Below are positions 21,339-30,106 of a DNA stretch of 64,000 nt, piece by piece (position 1 is the stretch's first letter; every line of letters begins with the position of its first letter). The position numbers and the translations under genes are program-made. This stretch comes from a bacterium (GTDB lineage Bacteria > Zixibacteria > MSB-5A5 > CAIYYT01): contig JADJGC010000024.1 in the NCBI GenBank assembly GCA_016708315.1, positions 26,638-90,637 of the forward strand, written 5' to 3'. Below the pieces are notes generated by a model that was not told the DNA's origin, ran no database searches, and saw only the letters and a list, made by a program, of their open reading frames with translations.

Positions 21339-22576
21339 TCGTGGATTTCTTTCAGGCGATCGGCGAGTCGCGCAAAGGTGGCTGTCCATTCAAAGTCAGC
21401 ATAGTGGCCATTGTTGCGGAGCCCGCGGAATCGATCCGGAGACTCGAACACTGATTTCAGCGCCTCAGTCAGTTGCGAACCGTCGTCGACAATCCAGACA
21501 CCGGGGAATTGGCGCTCTTCGAGAATTTCGCGGGCGGCGTTTCCCTTTGGCAGGACGGCAATCAAGGGCGGCTCGGCACGCAGCAACTCCCAAAGTTTGG
21601 AAGGGACGACGAATGATGTGTCGTGGTCCTGCGTAAGCGCGACAATGTTCACTGCGGTGCGGCGAATTGCGGCGACGGCATCCGGGTGAGGCAAATAGCC
21701 GGTGCTGTGAAATCTGTCTGTCAGACCTGCGGCAGTAAGTGTGTCATCAAGAGTCGGCAGATCGAGATGACCGATGTGACGCAGACTGAAATTTGTCTGC
21801 GATTCGCTGCGAGCAAAGTCGCCGAGCCATTGCGCTACACGATCAAAGCCAATCAGGTAGTTCAGTGTGCCATAGATGCCGATGATGTTTGATTCGAGTG
21901 GACTGGTTGTGGTGAAATCTGCTTCTGAATAACCGTTGGGGAGGAACATAGATTTTGCTGTTGCATCATACTTGTCAGCATAGAAGCGAGTCGTGTTGGG
22001 CGAAGTCGCAGTCACGAGCGCGGCTTTGCCGATGATATGTTCAATCAGATTTTCGGCACGGTTTTGAGACTCGGCGTTGTCGCTTTGAAATGGCAGCGAC
22101 GACCAGATGTCGCGGAAGTCGGCAATCCAGGTTACATTATCAGACTCGGCACATTCCAACCCGACCAAATGCGAAGAGATCGGCGGCGAGGTTGTAATAA
22201 GCAGTGTCCGGGTGTCGGGCTGAATCAGCTTTGCGACAGCTTTGGTGGCGCCGGGAGCGAAGCCGATTTTGGAATCGGGAAACATCGACGAAGCGATGGC
22301 GCTTTTCGTCTTGCCTCCCAGGAGTTTCTTGAGCGAAAACATCGGCATGAAATGCTGGATGCGCGCCGGATCGGTCGAGCCGACGCGGATGACTTGGACG
22401 CGCGGATCGATTTGCGATTCCATGACCTTATCATGTGCGGGATAAGAGATCGGCTTGACGGAGACGACGAAGACTTCGTCACCGCGCGAGGCAAAGAAAT
22501 TCGCCAATGCGACGGGGCGCGCGGTACCCGCCAATCCCAAGGGCGGGAAATAGTAGCTAACGATGAGGACGCGCAT
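21335..22576 (-). CDS. GT-B fold glycosyltransferase (GT4-like)
   Basis: MRVLIVSYYFPPLGLAGTA N-terminus typical of GT4 enzymes. The stop overlaps the downstream GT2 start. Confidence 0.6.
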   Translation of the reverse strand: MRVLIVSYYFPPLGLAGTARPVALANFFASRGDEVFVVSVKPISYPAHDKVMESQIDPRVQVIRVGSTDPARIQHFMPMFSLKKLLGGKTKSAIASSMFPDSKIGFAPGATKAVAKLIQPDTRTLLITTSPPISSHLVGLECAESDNVTWIADFRDIWSSLPFQSDNAESQNRAENLIEHIIGKAALVTATSPNTTRFYADKYDATAKSMFLPNGYSEADFTTTSPLESNIIGIYGTLNYLIGFDRVAQWLGDFARSESQTNFSLRHIGHLDLPTLDDTLTAAGLTDRFHSTGYLPHPDAVAAIRRTAVNIVALTQDHDTSFVVPSKLWELLRAEPPLIAVLPKGNAAREILEERQFPGVWIVDDGSQLTEALKSVFESPDRFRGLRNNGHYADFEWTATFARLADRLKEIHE

Positions 22577-23636
22577 GTTCTACCGCGTAATCGTCGATCA
22601 AACGCTTGAAGGTGTAATCGGCGAGTTTCATTTGCTGTTCGCGAATGCCTTTGGACTCGAGGGCCGGAGCATAGCGAGCGTGGGCTTCGACGCGTGCATC
22701 AAGCGTTGCACCGAGTTTGATTTTTGATGCCAACACGACGGCATCGCTGATGGGAAAGAAGTGGCGGTCATCGTTGAGCCATTCGCGATTGCCGGGAATG
22801 TCGGTGACTATCGGATAGAGTTTCTGCGACATGGCTTCGAGCAGCGAGACCGATGCTGAATCGGATTTCGCGGTCGAGATGTAGATGTCGTGTGAGCGAT
22901 AGAGATTGAAAAGTTGTTCGTCGTTGCAGTAACCGGTGAAGGTGACGATATCGTCGAGCCCCAGTTCGCGCGACAAACTGCGCAGTTGCTGTTCGAGTGA
23001 TCCGCCGCCGGAGATCGTCAATACGAAGTTCAGTCCTTCAGTTTTCAGAATCTGTGCGGCGCGAAGCAACGTTGGAATGTCATACAAAGGTTCGTGCCGA
23101 CGAGTACTAAGGATTCGCAACGGTTTGGAATCAGTCAATTCGCGGGCGAGTCCGCTTTCGTGCCACGATTTTCGCACACCGAAACTGACGACGAGATGTC
23201 GCGGTACGCGATGGATATTGAAGGTTTCAGCGACCATCATCTGCGAATCCATCACGACGAGGTCGGCGCGCTTGAGGACATATTCACTGCGTTTGCGGCG
23301 GAGATATCCGCTTGTGCCGGTCAGCAACAGGTCAGAACCCCAGAGCGTGATCACCAAGGGATGGGCATTGACAGCGGCGGCGGCAAGACCGTAGGTCGGC
23401 AGAAAGTGGGCGTTGATGATGTTGGGCTTGAATTCGGCGATCAGTTTTTCGATTTGATCGGCCAAAGTCAGATAGCGCAGCGGTCCCCGTCTCCAGCGCG
23501 GCACAAGGCGAGTGCCGGTGAAACTATCGGTGAAGTCGCAGGAAGCAGTCATGACTTCCCAGCCCATCTTCTCAAACGAGTTGTGCCACCGCATTAAATG
23601 CGGAGCGATTGCCTCCCCGAGGAAGAGTATTTTCAA
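22557..23636 (-). CDS. GT-B fold glycosyltransferase (GT4/GT1 family)
   Basis: MKILFLGEA N-terminus. C-terminal domain with E..G-type motifs. Its start overlaps the end of the upstream FemAB-like gene and its end overlaps the downstream GT4 start. Confidence 0.65.
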   Translation of the reverse strand: MKILFLGEAIAPHLMRWHNSFEKMGWEVMTASCDFTDSFTGTRLVPRWRRGPLRYLTLADQIEKLIAEFKPNIINAHFLPTYGLAAAAVNAHPLVITLWGSDLLLTGTSGYLRRKRSEYVLKRADLVVMDSQMMVAETFNIHRVPRHLVVSFGVRKSWHESGLARELTDSKPLRILSTRRHEPLYDIPTLLRAAQILKTEGLNFVLTISGGGSLEQQLRSLSRELGLDDIVTFTGYCNDEQLFNLYRSHDIYISTAKSDSASVSLLEAMSQKLYPIVTDIPGNREWLNDDRHFFPISDAVVLASKIKLGATLDARVEAHARYAPALESKGIREQQMKLADYTFKRLIDDYAVEHARPHR

Positions 23637-24562
23637 CGGATCCTCGTCATGAAGTCGATGAATCTCTTGAGCTGTGTGCGGCGGACGTACTCGGTGTAAG
23701 GATGCTCAATGGCGCCCCAGGCCTCTTTGAATCGTCGTAGTCCCTTATCGAGCGGCGGTGTTGCACCGAGATTGAGACGCTGCAAGCCGGCGTCGCGGAA
23801 CTGATTGATCATTGAATCAAGGAGAAGAAAGTTTGCTCCGGCGTCAAGGCCATCTTGCGACGAAAAACCATCAAAGTAAAAAGCATCGGTGGTCGTCGCG
23901 AAATAGATGTGAACGCAATGCAATGCCGAGCCATTTTTCGCGGCGATTGCTTTGATTCCGCTGTCGCGATTGTCCGACTTCGCCAGCAGATACTCGTAAC
24001 AAGTTTGCGGAAAACGTCGGACTTCGCCGGTACGCTTCTGGTGAAGCTGCAATAGCGCTAGGTAGGCGGCGCTGTCTGAAGAGGTCAGTTGCACGACCTG
24101 TAGATTCTGATCTTGAGCCTTTTTGATGTTGCGGCGGGTGTTTTCCGAATATTCGGAAGAAGTCGTGGCCAAGTCTATGATATGCGTTGCCAAGCGGTTG
24201 CGATAGTAGTTGTCGGGATATTCAATCGAAGGGGTGATTTGGAATTGAACGATGTTTTCCTGCAAGTAGCGGCGGCCGCACAGCCATGTTGTGAGTGCAG
24301 AGACGTCATCGGCTGTGCCTTCGCCGAGAATACCGCCATAACCGCCATACGGCATCGAGAAGAATATCTTGCCGGCGGCGGTGGCTTTTTCCAAACCAAT
24401 TAGTGACGTGTTTCCTGAGGTGACACAAATCCCGTTCCAGCCGAGCGATTTCTGCCACATGTCGAGCAATGCGGGCAGCAGGAATACCGATGTTGGTCCA
24501 ATCGGTGTTGGTAGCTCAAGCTCGTGATGAGAATTGATCAGTTGACGAACAACAACTGACAT
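23633..24562 (-). CDS. FemAB/GNAT-like (Acetyltransf_6 / BioF2-like) transferase, putative aminoacyl- or acyl-transferase of a glycan pathway
   Basis: About 310 aa with an N-terminal half of weak, GNAT-fold-like similarity. It is embedded in the glycosyltransferase operon. The assignment is by overall resemblance only. Confidence 0.35.
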   Translation of the reverse strand: MSVVVRQLINSHHELELPTPIGPTSVFLLPALLDMWQKSLGWNGICVTSGNTSLIGLEKATAAGKIFFSMPYGGYGGILGEGTADDVSALTTWLCGRRYLQENIVQFQITPSIEYPDNYYRNRLATHIIDLATTSSEYSENTRRNIKKAQDQNLQVVQLTSSDSAAYLALLQLHQKRTGEVRRFPQTCYEYLLAKSDNRDSGIKAIAAKNGSALHCVHIYFATTTDAFYFDGFSSQDGLDAGANFLLLDSMINQFRDAGLQRLNLGATPPLDKGLRRFKEAWGAIEHPYTEYVRRTQLKRFIDFMTRIR

Positions 24563-24567
24563 TGGAT

Positions 24568-26767
24568 TTATCGCCTGATTACGAGAATTTTGCCGGTATG
24601 ATGAGTGCCGTCTTCGGCGCTGAGTTCCCAGATGTAAACGCCGGAGGCAACGAATTCGCCGGCATGATTGCGGCCATCCCAGCCGGCGCTGACAGTAGTT
24701 TCCCGGACAAGATCTGCCGCAACCGTGTAGATGCGGACATCACCGCGTTGATCAATCTGGAACTGAAGTTGATCGGTGAAAGCCGTGCCGATGCGGAAGG
24801 GATTGGGGTAGGCGAATACTCCGATGTCCCCGCCCTGATTGCCGGGAGTGTAGTCGAGGATGCTCAGTCCGCCATTGGTGAAGATCAGGAGTTTGTTGGA
24901 AGCTTCGTCATAAACCAGCTTTTCGATGTCGTTGGAAACCAAATCGGAATTGACAGTCGTGAAAGCGACCGGATCGGCCCCGTTGGCGGCCAAGCAGAGC
25001 TAATCCTTCGGAAGTGCCAACCCAGATATTGTTGCGCGAATCGGCGACTATTGATGTGATATTGGAGCCGATGCCGGGAGCGATTTCAGTCGGGAAAAAG
25101 AAATCGATACCCTCGTCGAACTTCGCGAGACCTTGATTTGTGCCAACCCACAGCACGTTGTCGCGGTCGTATGCCATTGCGGTTACAATATCGGACGGCA
25201 GGCGACGACTGCGGCTGAAATAGGCGAGTTGATCGTCGGCGTGGTTTTCAGGAGAGATTCCGTAACGCAGGAACGCAACGCCCTGGTCATCGACACCGAC
25301 TGCGGCGGTGCCGTTGCCGGCGGCTACGACCTGATTGTTGCCGCTGACGAATCCATCGGCGGCATCAAAGTGCTCCCATGTCGAATCGCTGGGGTCGAAC
25401 ATCACGAGCGGTCGAACGGGATTTGCCTGAAAAAGCGAGAACCAGATTCGCCCGGACGGGTCCTGATAGACCGAATTGACAACCACAAAAGCGGCATCTT
25501 GCGCAACACCGATTAAGTGAGAGTTACTGTTGTTGAACTGCTGGATAGCGCCATTTGACTTCACACGAAAGACGCCGCGGCCGAAGGTTGGAATCCATAA
25601 GTCACCGTTTGAAGCAACGAGCGCTGAGAGTTTCTCCGACGTGGTCACTGTCGTGTATTCCCAATCGCCATCGACGAATACTGACAGGTCGTCCGTGCGC
25701 GAAACGACAAGCAGACGGCCATCGGAATCGTAGCCGCCTCCGACCAAGGTATTACTGCTTGGGCCGGGAGCAGGCATTTTGACTGCAGAATTCAATGTGA
25801 GAATTTTGTGAACACCATCAGCTACGGTGCCGAAGTACCAGTCGCCGGAGTAAGCAAACGAGTTTAGCCCGGCGTTGAGTTCGGCGGGTAGTTGATAAAT
25901 TATCCACTCAAACGGTGAGATGCGAAATACCTGCCGCCCGCCTTCGGTGACAACAAGTGCATAGAGCGAAGTCGCTGGTTCGTCACCAAGTGAAAGATCG
26001 AGAATTTGCATCGCGGCAAAATTTTCTACGGGAGTGAGTGACGTCTCTCCATCCCAGACGTAGAGACCGCTGTTGGTGCCGACATAGAGCAAACCATTGA
26101 ATGCACCGAAGCAGGTGACCTTGATATCCTCGAAGATCGGAACACCCAGTTCAATCGTCGTCCACTCGGCCGGATCGAGCAGGAATTCGTTGTCGATGTC
26201 GCCAATCGCGACGCCTTCGTTAGTACCCGCGAAAATCTTGCCATCAAAGACGTGGACCGTATTGACAGCAGATTCGGTGAGGAAATTGCCGAGCGTGCGG
26301 TAAGTTTCTTTGACCTCGCCGCCATTGCGGACGCGGTCGTACTTGATGATTCCGACGCTGGATGCAATCCAGAGGAAGTCACCGCTGGTGTCGGCAGAGT
26401 TGAGCGACAGGAGTCCGCCGTCGCGCGAGCGCAATTGCGTTGAATTAAATGACTGCGATGACAGATTCAAGCGACTGAGGATGCCGTCGGCAGAACCGAA
26501 GTATGCCTCGTTGTCGCCGGCAAAAGCAGCAAAGTTAATCTTGATGCTGCCAAGGCCATCACTATTGAGATAGGTCGTTACCTCCCCGTTTGAGGGAGCG
26601 ATGCGAACTACACCGCCGGTTGTTGTTGCCCAGACAAAGCCGCCAAAGGAACTGAGCGAAGTGACTTCGTCCTTGTTGGTGTGATTCTCCCATTGGTAAA
26701 CCTGCGCAAAAACGCACGGGACAGAAAACAGAATCAGTATGAGTGTGGCAATAACAGGTCTAAACAT
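24568..26767 (-). pseudogene. Secreted beta-propeller (two-component-regulator-propeller / Y_Y_Y-like repeats) T9SS cargo protein, split by an apparent +1 frameshift near 24980-25000 into a 626-aa body and a 141-aa T9SS C-terminal-domain ORF
   Basis: Signal peptide MFRPVIATLILILFSVPCVFA. Repeated W/G propeller blades. Downstream ORF 24568..24993 carries the T9SS tail (FAYPNPFRIGTAF...VRIYTVAADLV...GVYIWE). Deleting one base in GGCCGCC (24985-24991, plus strand ggcggcc) restores a continuous ...GLALLGANGADPVAFTTVNSDL... reading. Confidence 0.6.
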
Positions 26768-28271
26768 AGCGCTTTCTTGTAACAGCAAGAATTATACCCC
26801 CGAGAATGGTCATCGCAAGGCAAATCTTTGCAAGGACAGCGCCGTGGCGACGGAATAACGTATCGCCCATCGGCGGGCCGATTTTGCCGGTGAGATAAGT
26901 GCGACCGCCGAGTTGGGTTTTGGCAACGACGCGGCCATAGGGATCGAAGATGCCGCAGATTCCGGTATTCGCGGCGCGGACGATCCAGACGCGATTTTCG
27001 ACGGCGCGAAACACGGGAATATAGAAATGCTGGTAGGGTCCGGCCGTCTCGCCAAACCAATCGTCGTTGGTAATGACGGTGAGAAACTCGGCGCCCTTGT
27101 TGACCATTTCGCGGACAAACTCCGGGTAGACGACCTCGAAGCAGATTAATGTTCCGAACTTGCGGCCATGCGACTCAAAAGTGACGATACTGTCGCCCGG
27201 GTGAAAGTCGGAGATATCGAGCGCGAGGCGCTCTTTGACGAACTCGCGGAACTTGGCGATAGCGGTGATCTTCTCGGCATAAGGCATGTGCTCGCCAAAA
27301 GGGACAAGCTGAAGCTTGTTGTGCGGTGTCGGGAGCATGCCCTTGTCTGGTGAGAAGAAGAACGCTGAGTTATAGTACTTGCGCACACCCTCCGGTGAGC
27401 GCGTCATATAGAGCGCGCCGGTCATGATATCGACGTTTTCGCGACGGGCGATTGATTCGATCCAGGAGATGTAGGGACGCTCAAGATTCAAATACATCGG
27501 CGCTGCGCTTTCGGGCCAAATCAACAATTGCGCGGAATCGGCAGCTTGGGCGCTTAGTTCATCATAAGCGACGAAGTTGTGATCAGCCTTGCCGTTTTGC
27601 CATTTCTCATTGACTGGAATGTTGCCTTGTAATGCCGCCACAGAGAAGTCAGGCTCGAGCGGGTGTATGCGAGTCACGCCCCAGATGTAGGCTCCGCTGT
27701 AAAGCACGATTGCGGTGATAAAGAGAACGCTCGAGAGAATCATCCGTCGAAGGTTGGCATACGCGAAGTAGAGGATCAATCCAATGATGCAGACGAAGAA
27801 AGTCACGACGGCATCGCCATTCAGTTCAGCAAGTTGGATGATCGCAATGTTTGATGCCTGAGTGTAGGAGATGTTCTGCCACGGGAACGAAACCTGCGTC
27901 AGCGAGCGCGAGTATTCCATCGCGACCCACAGTATTGGCAGTGACCAAAGACCGGCACGGCCGTAGCGCTTTGTGGCTTCACCTGCAAGACCGCCAATAA
28001 CGGCGTAATACAGCGAATGGAGCAGGACCATCAGGATGACACCGACGACATTGACATAGACGACCCAATAGAGCGTCAGTACTGCCGTGATGACACCAAA
28101 AACGTAGCCGCTGCGGAAGCCTTCTTTGAATCCGAGTCCGCGAATCGAAGCGGCAAAAATCGGCACAAAAAAGTAAGAGAGAATCCAGAACGGCAATGGC
28201 TCAAATGCTAAACTGAAGAAGAGGGCAGAGATTATAAGAACAACGGTTCTTTGAGGGAGCTTAAATCGCAT
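26760..28271 (-). CDS. lnt: Apolipoprotein N-acyltransferase
   Basis: N-terminal polytopic membrane domain plus a C-terminal CN-hydrolase domain (LLIWPESAAP, C in GTLICFE). Confidence 0.85.
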   Translation of the reverse strand: MRFKLPQRTVVLIISALFFSLAFEPLPFWILSYFFVPIFAASIRGLGFKEGFRSGYVFGVITAVLTLYWVVYVNVVGVILMVLLHSLYYAVIGGLAGEATKRYGRAGLWSLPILWVAMEYSRSLTQVSFPWQNISYTQASNIAIIQLAELNGDAVVTFFVCIIGLILYFAYANLRRMILSSVLFITAIVLYSGAYIWGVTRIHPLEPDFSVAALQGNIPVNEKWQNGKADHNFVAYDELSAQAADSAQLLIWPESAAPMYLNLERPYISWIESIARRENVDIMTGALYMTRSPEGVRKYYNSAFFFSPDKGMLPTPHNKLQLVPFGEHMPYAEKITAIAKFREFVKERLALDISDFHPGDSIVTFESHGRKFGTLICFEVVYPEFVREMVNKGAEFLTVITNDDWFGETAGPYQHFYIPVFRAVENRVWIVRAANTGICGIFDPYGRVVAKTQLGGRTYLTGKIGPPMGDTLFRRHGAVLAKICLAMTILGGIILAVTRKRYV

Positions 28272-28317
28272 TCAGACTTCTATACGGCACCAAGCGGCGA
28301 TTTGGAAGAGCCGCTTT

Positions 28318-29355
28318 TCATTTCAATTCGACGCCGCGTTTGCCTTTGACGATTTCGCCCAATACGAAGGCTTTGGATCGTTGAGCCAGCAGGATGCGAA
28401 TTGCAGCTTCGGCGTCCTTCTTGCCGACAACGATCATCAGACCGATGCCCATGTTGAAGGCGTCAAACATGTCGTCCTCGTCGATGCCACCGCTGCGTTG
28501 CATGTAAGCAAACAATGGCGGAATCTGCCAGCACGAGAGATCGATGCGGGCGCGACAATTGTTGGGGAGGACGCGCACGAGATTTCCGGGAATACCGCCG
28601 CCGGTGATGTGCGCCATGCCGTGGACAGCAACTTCGGAGCGGAGTTTTGTTACCGGTTTCAGGTAGCTGCGATGGACGGCCATTAGCGCTTCAGCAACGG
28701 TGCACTTCAACTCCGGAATTGTGTCGCCCGGTTTCATGTTGAGTGTCTCGAAGAACAATTTGCGAGCGAGTGAGTAGCCGTTGGTGTGGAGGCCGCTTGA
28801 TTCAAGTCCGATGATCAAATCGCCCGGTTTGATTTTGGTGCCGTCGACGATGTGTTTGCGATCGACGACGCCGACAATGAATCCGGCGAGATCGTACTCG
28901 TTTTCCTGATAGAAGCCCGGCATTTCGGCAGTCTCGCCGCCGATCAAGGAACAGCCGTTTTGCTTGCAGGCAGTCGCCATACCGGAAACGACTTCGGCGA
29001 CGACGCCGGGACTGAGTTTGCCGGTGGCAAAATAGTCGAGGAAGTAAAGCGGACGCGCACCCATGACAAGGATGTCGTTGGTGCAGTGGTTGACGAGGTC
29101 CTGCCCTACTGTGTCGTGTTTGCCGGTCATGAAGGCAAGTTTGAGTTTGGTGCCGACGCCATCGGCGGAAGAAACCAGCACCGGGCTTTTCATGCCCGCG
29201 AATTTGCCGTCGTAAAGCCCGCCAAAACCGCCGATCCCGTTGAGCACGGACTTGGTGTAGGTCTTGCGGACGAGTTTCTTGATGCGGGCGGTAGCTTCGT
29301 CGCCGGAGGCGATATCGACGCCGGCTTCTTTGTATGATAATCCTTTAGAACTCAC
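28318..29355 (-). CDS. purM: Phosphoribosylformylglycinamidine cyclo-ligase (AIR synthetase)
   Basis: SYKEAGVDIASGDEA start and PurM N- and C-domain motifs. Confidence 0.9.
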   Translation of the reverse strand: MSSKGLSYKEAGVDIASGDEATARIKKLVRKTYTKSVLNGIGGFGGLYDGKFAGMKSPVLVSSADGVGTKLKLAFMTGKHDTVGQDLVNHCTNDILVMGARPLYFLDYFATGKLSPGVVAEVVSGMATACKQNGCSLIGGETAEMPGFYQENEYDLAGFIVGVVDRKHIVDGTKIKPGDLIIGLESSGLHTNGYSLARKLFFETLNMKPGDTIPELKCTVAEALMAVHRSYLKPVTKLRSEVAVHGMAHITGGGIPGNLVRVLPNNCRARIDLSCWQIPPLFAYMQRSGGIDEDDMFDAFNMGIGLMIVVGKKDAEAAIRILLAQRSKAFVLGEIVKGKRGVELK

Positions 29356-30053
29356 TGTAATTTGTATCCGTTAATATCCAATTCAAATTTCATTTTCAGT
29401 TGATTTGCCGCGTTGCGACACATGACCATACGAGTCAGGAAGATTTCGAAATAGTCCATCACCGAGGCGACAGTGTCGTCAATCGTGATTTCAAGGGTAA
29501 TCGTTTGGCGGTCGACATCGACACGCAAGAATGACGACTTGGCGGCATAGTTGACGCGGTCGTGAATGTCGGTTCCGATCTGGTCAAGGTTACGGACACG
29601 CGAGGAATGCACGTCAGACTTGTCGGCCAAAATCACGGCGGCGGCAATGTCGGAAATCGGCATGGTCTCCATGTCGTCGTGGTTGCCGATGGCGGCGGCG
29701 ACATCGAGCGCTTCCTCGGCAGGCATGCCGAGATTGTGAAGCAGCGTGTAGGCGGCAATAGCACCAGATTGGGCGTGGAACTGCCGATTAATAGCGTTGC
29801 CAATATCGTGTAGATAAGCGGCAATCGCACCCAGATGACAGACGCGGTCGGGTCGGCCAAGACGTTCGAGCACATTGTAGGCGATTTTGGAAACGAGCTT
29901 ACAGTGGCGCAAACCGTGCTCAGTGTAGCCCTGCTTGCCGAGGTAGTAGTCCGCCTTGATGATCCAGGCAGTGACTTCCTCGGAGTGCATTACTTTGTCG
30001 ATTGTGACCAATCGGTCTCCGGTCGAGACTTTGTCCATGTTAGCATCCTTCAT
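29352..30053 (-). CDS. HD-domain metal-dependent phosphohydrolase (function unknown)
   Basis: H..(20-30)..HD motif (HGLRHCKLV ... YLHDIGN). 4-nt overlap with purM. Confidence 0.6.
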   Translation of the reverse strand: MKDANMDKVSTGDRLVTIDKVMHSEEVTAWIIKADYYLGKQGYTEHGLRHCKLVSKIAYNVLERLGRPDRVCHLGAIAAYLHDIGNAINRQFHAQSGAIAAYTLLHNLGMPAEEALDVAAAIGNHDDMETMPISDIAAAVILADKSDVHSSRVRNLDQIGTDIHDRVNYAAKSSFLRVDVDRQTITLEITIDDTVASVMDYFEIFLTRMVMCRNAANQLKMKFELDINGYKLQ

Positions 30054-30106
30054 CTGTAGGTGTTGGAAGTTACTGACAACAAGCGAGTTGTCAAGTCCGA
30101 TTCTTA

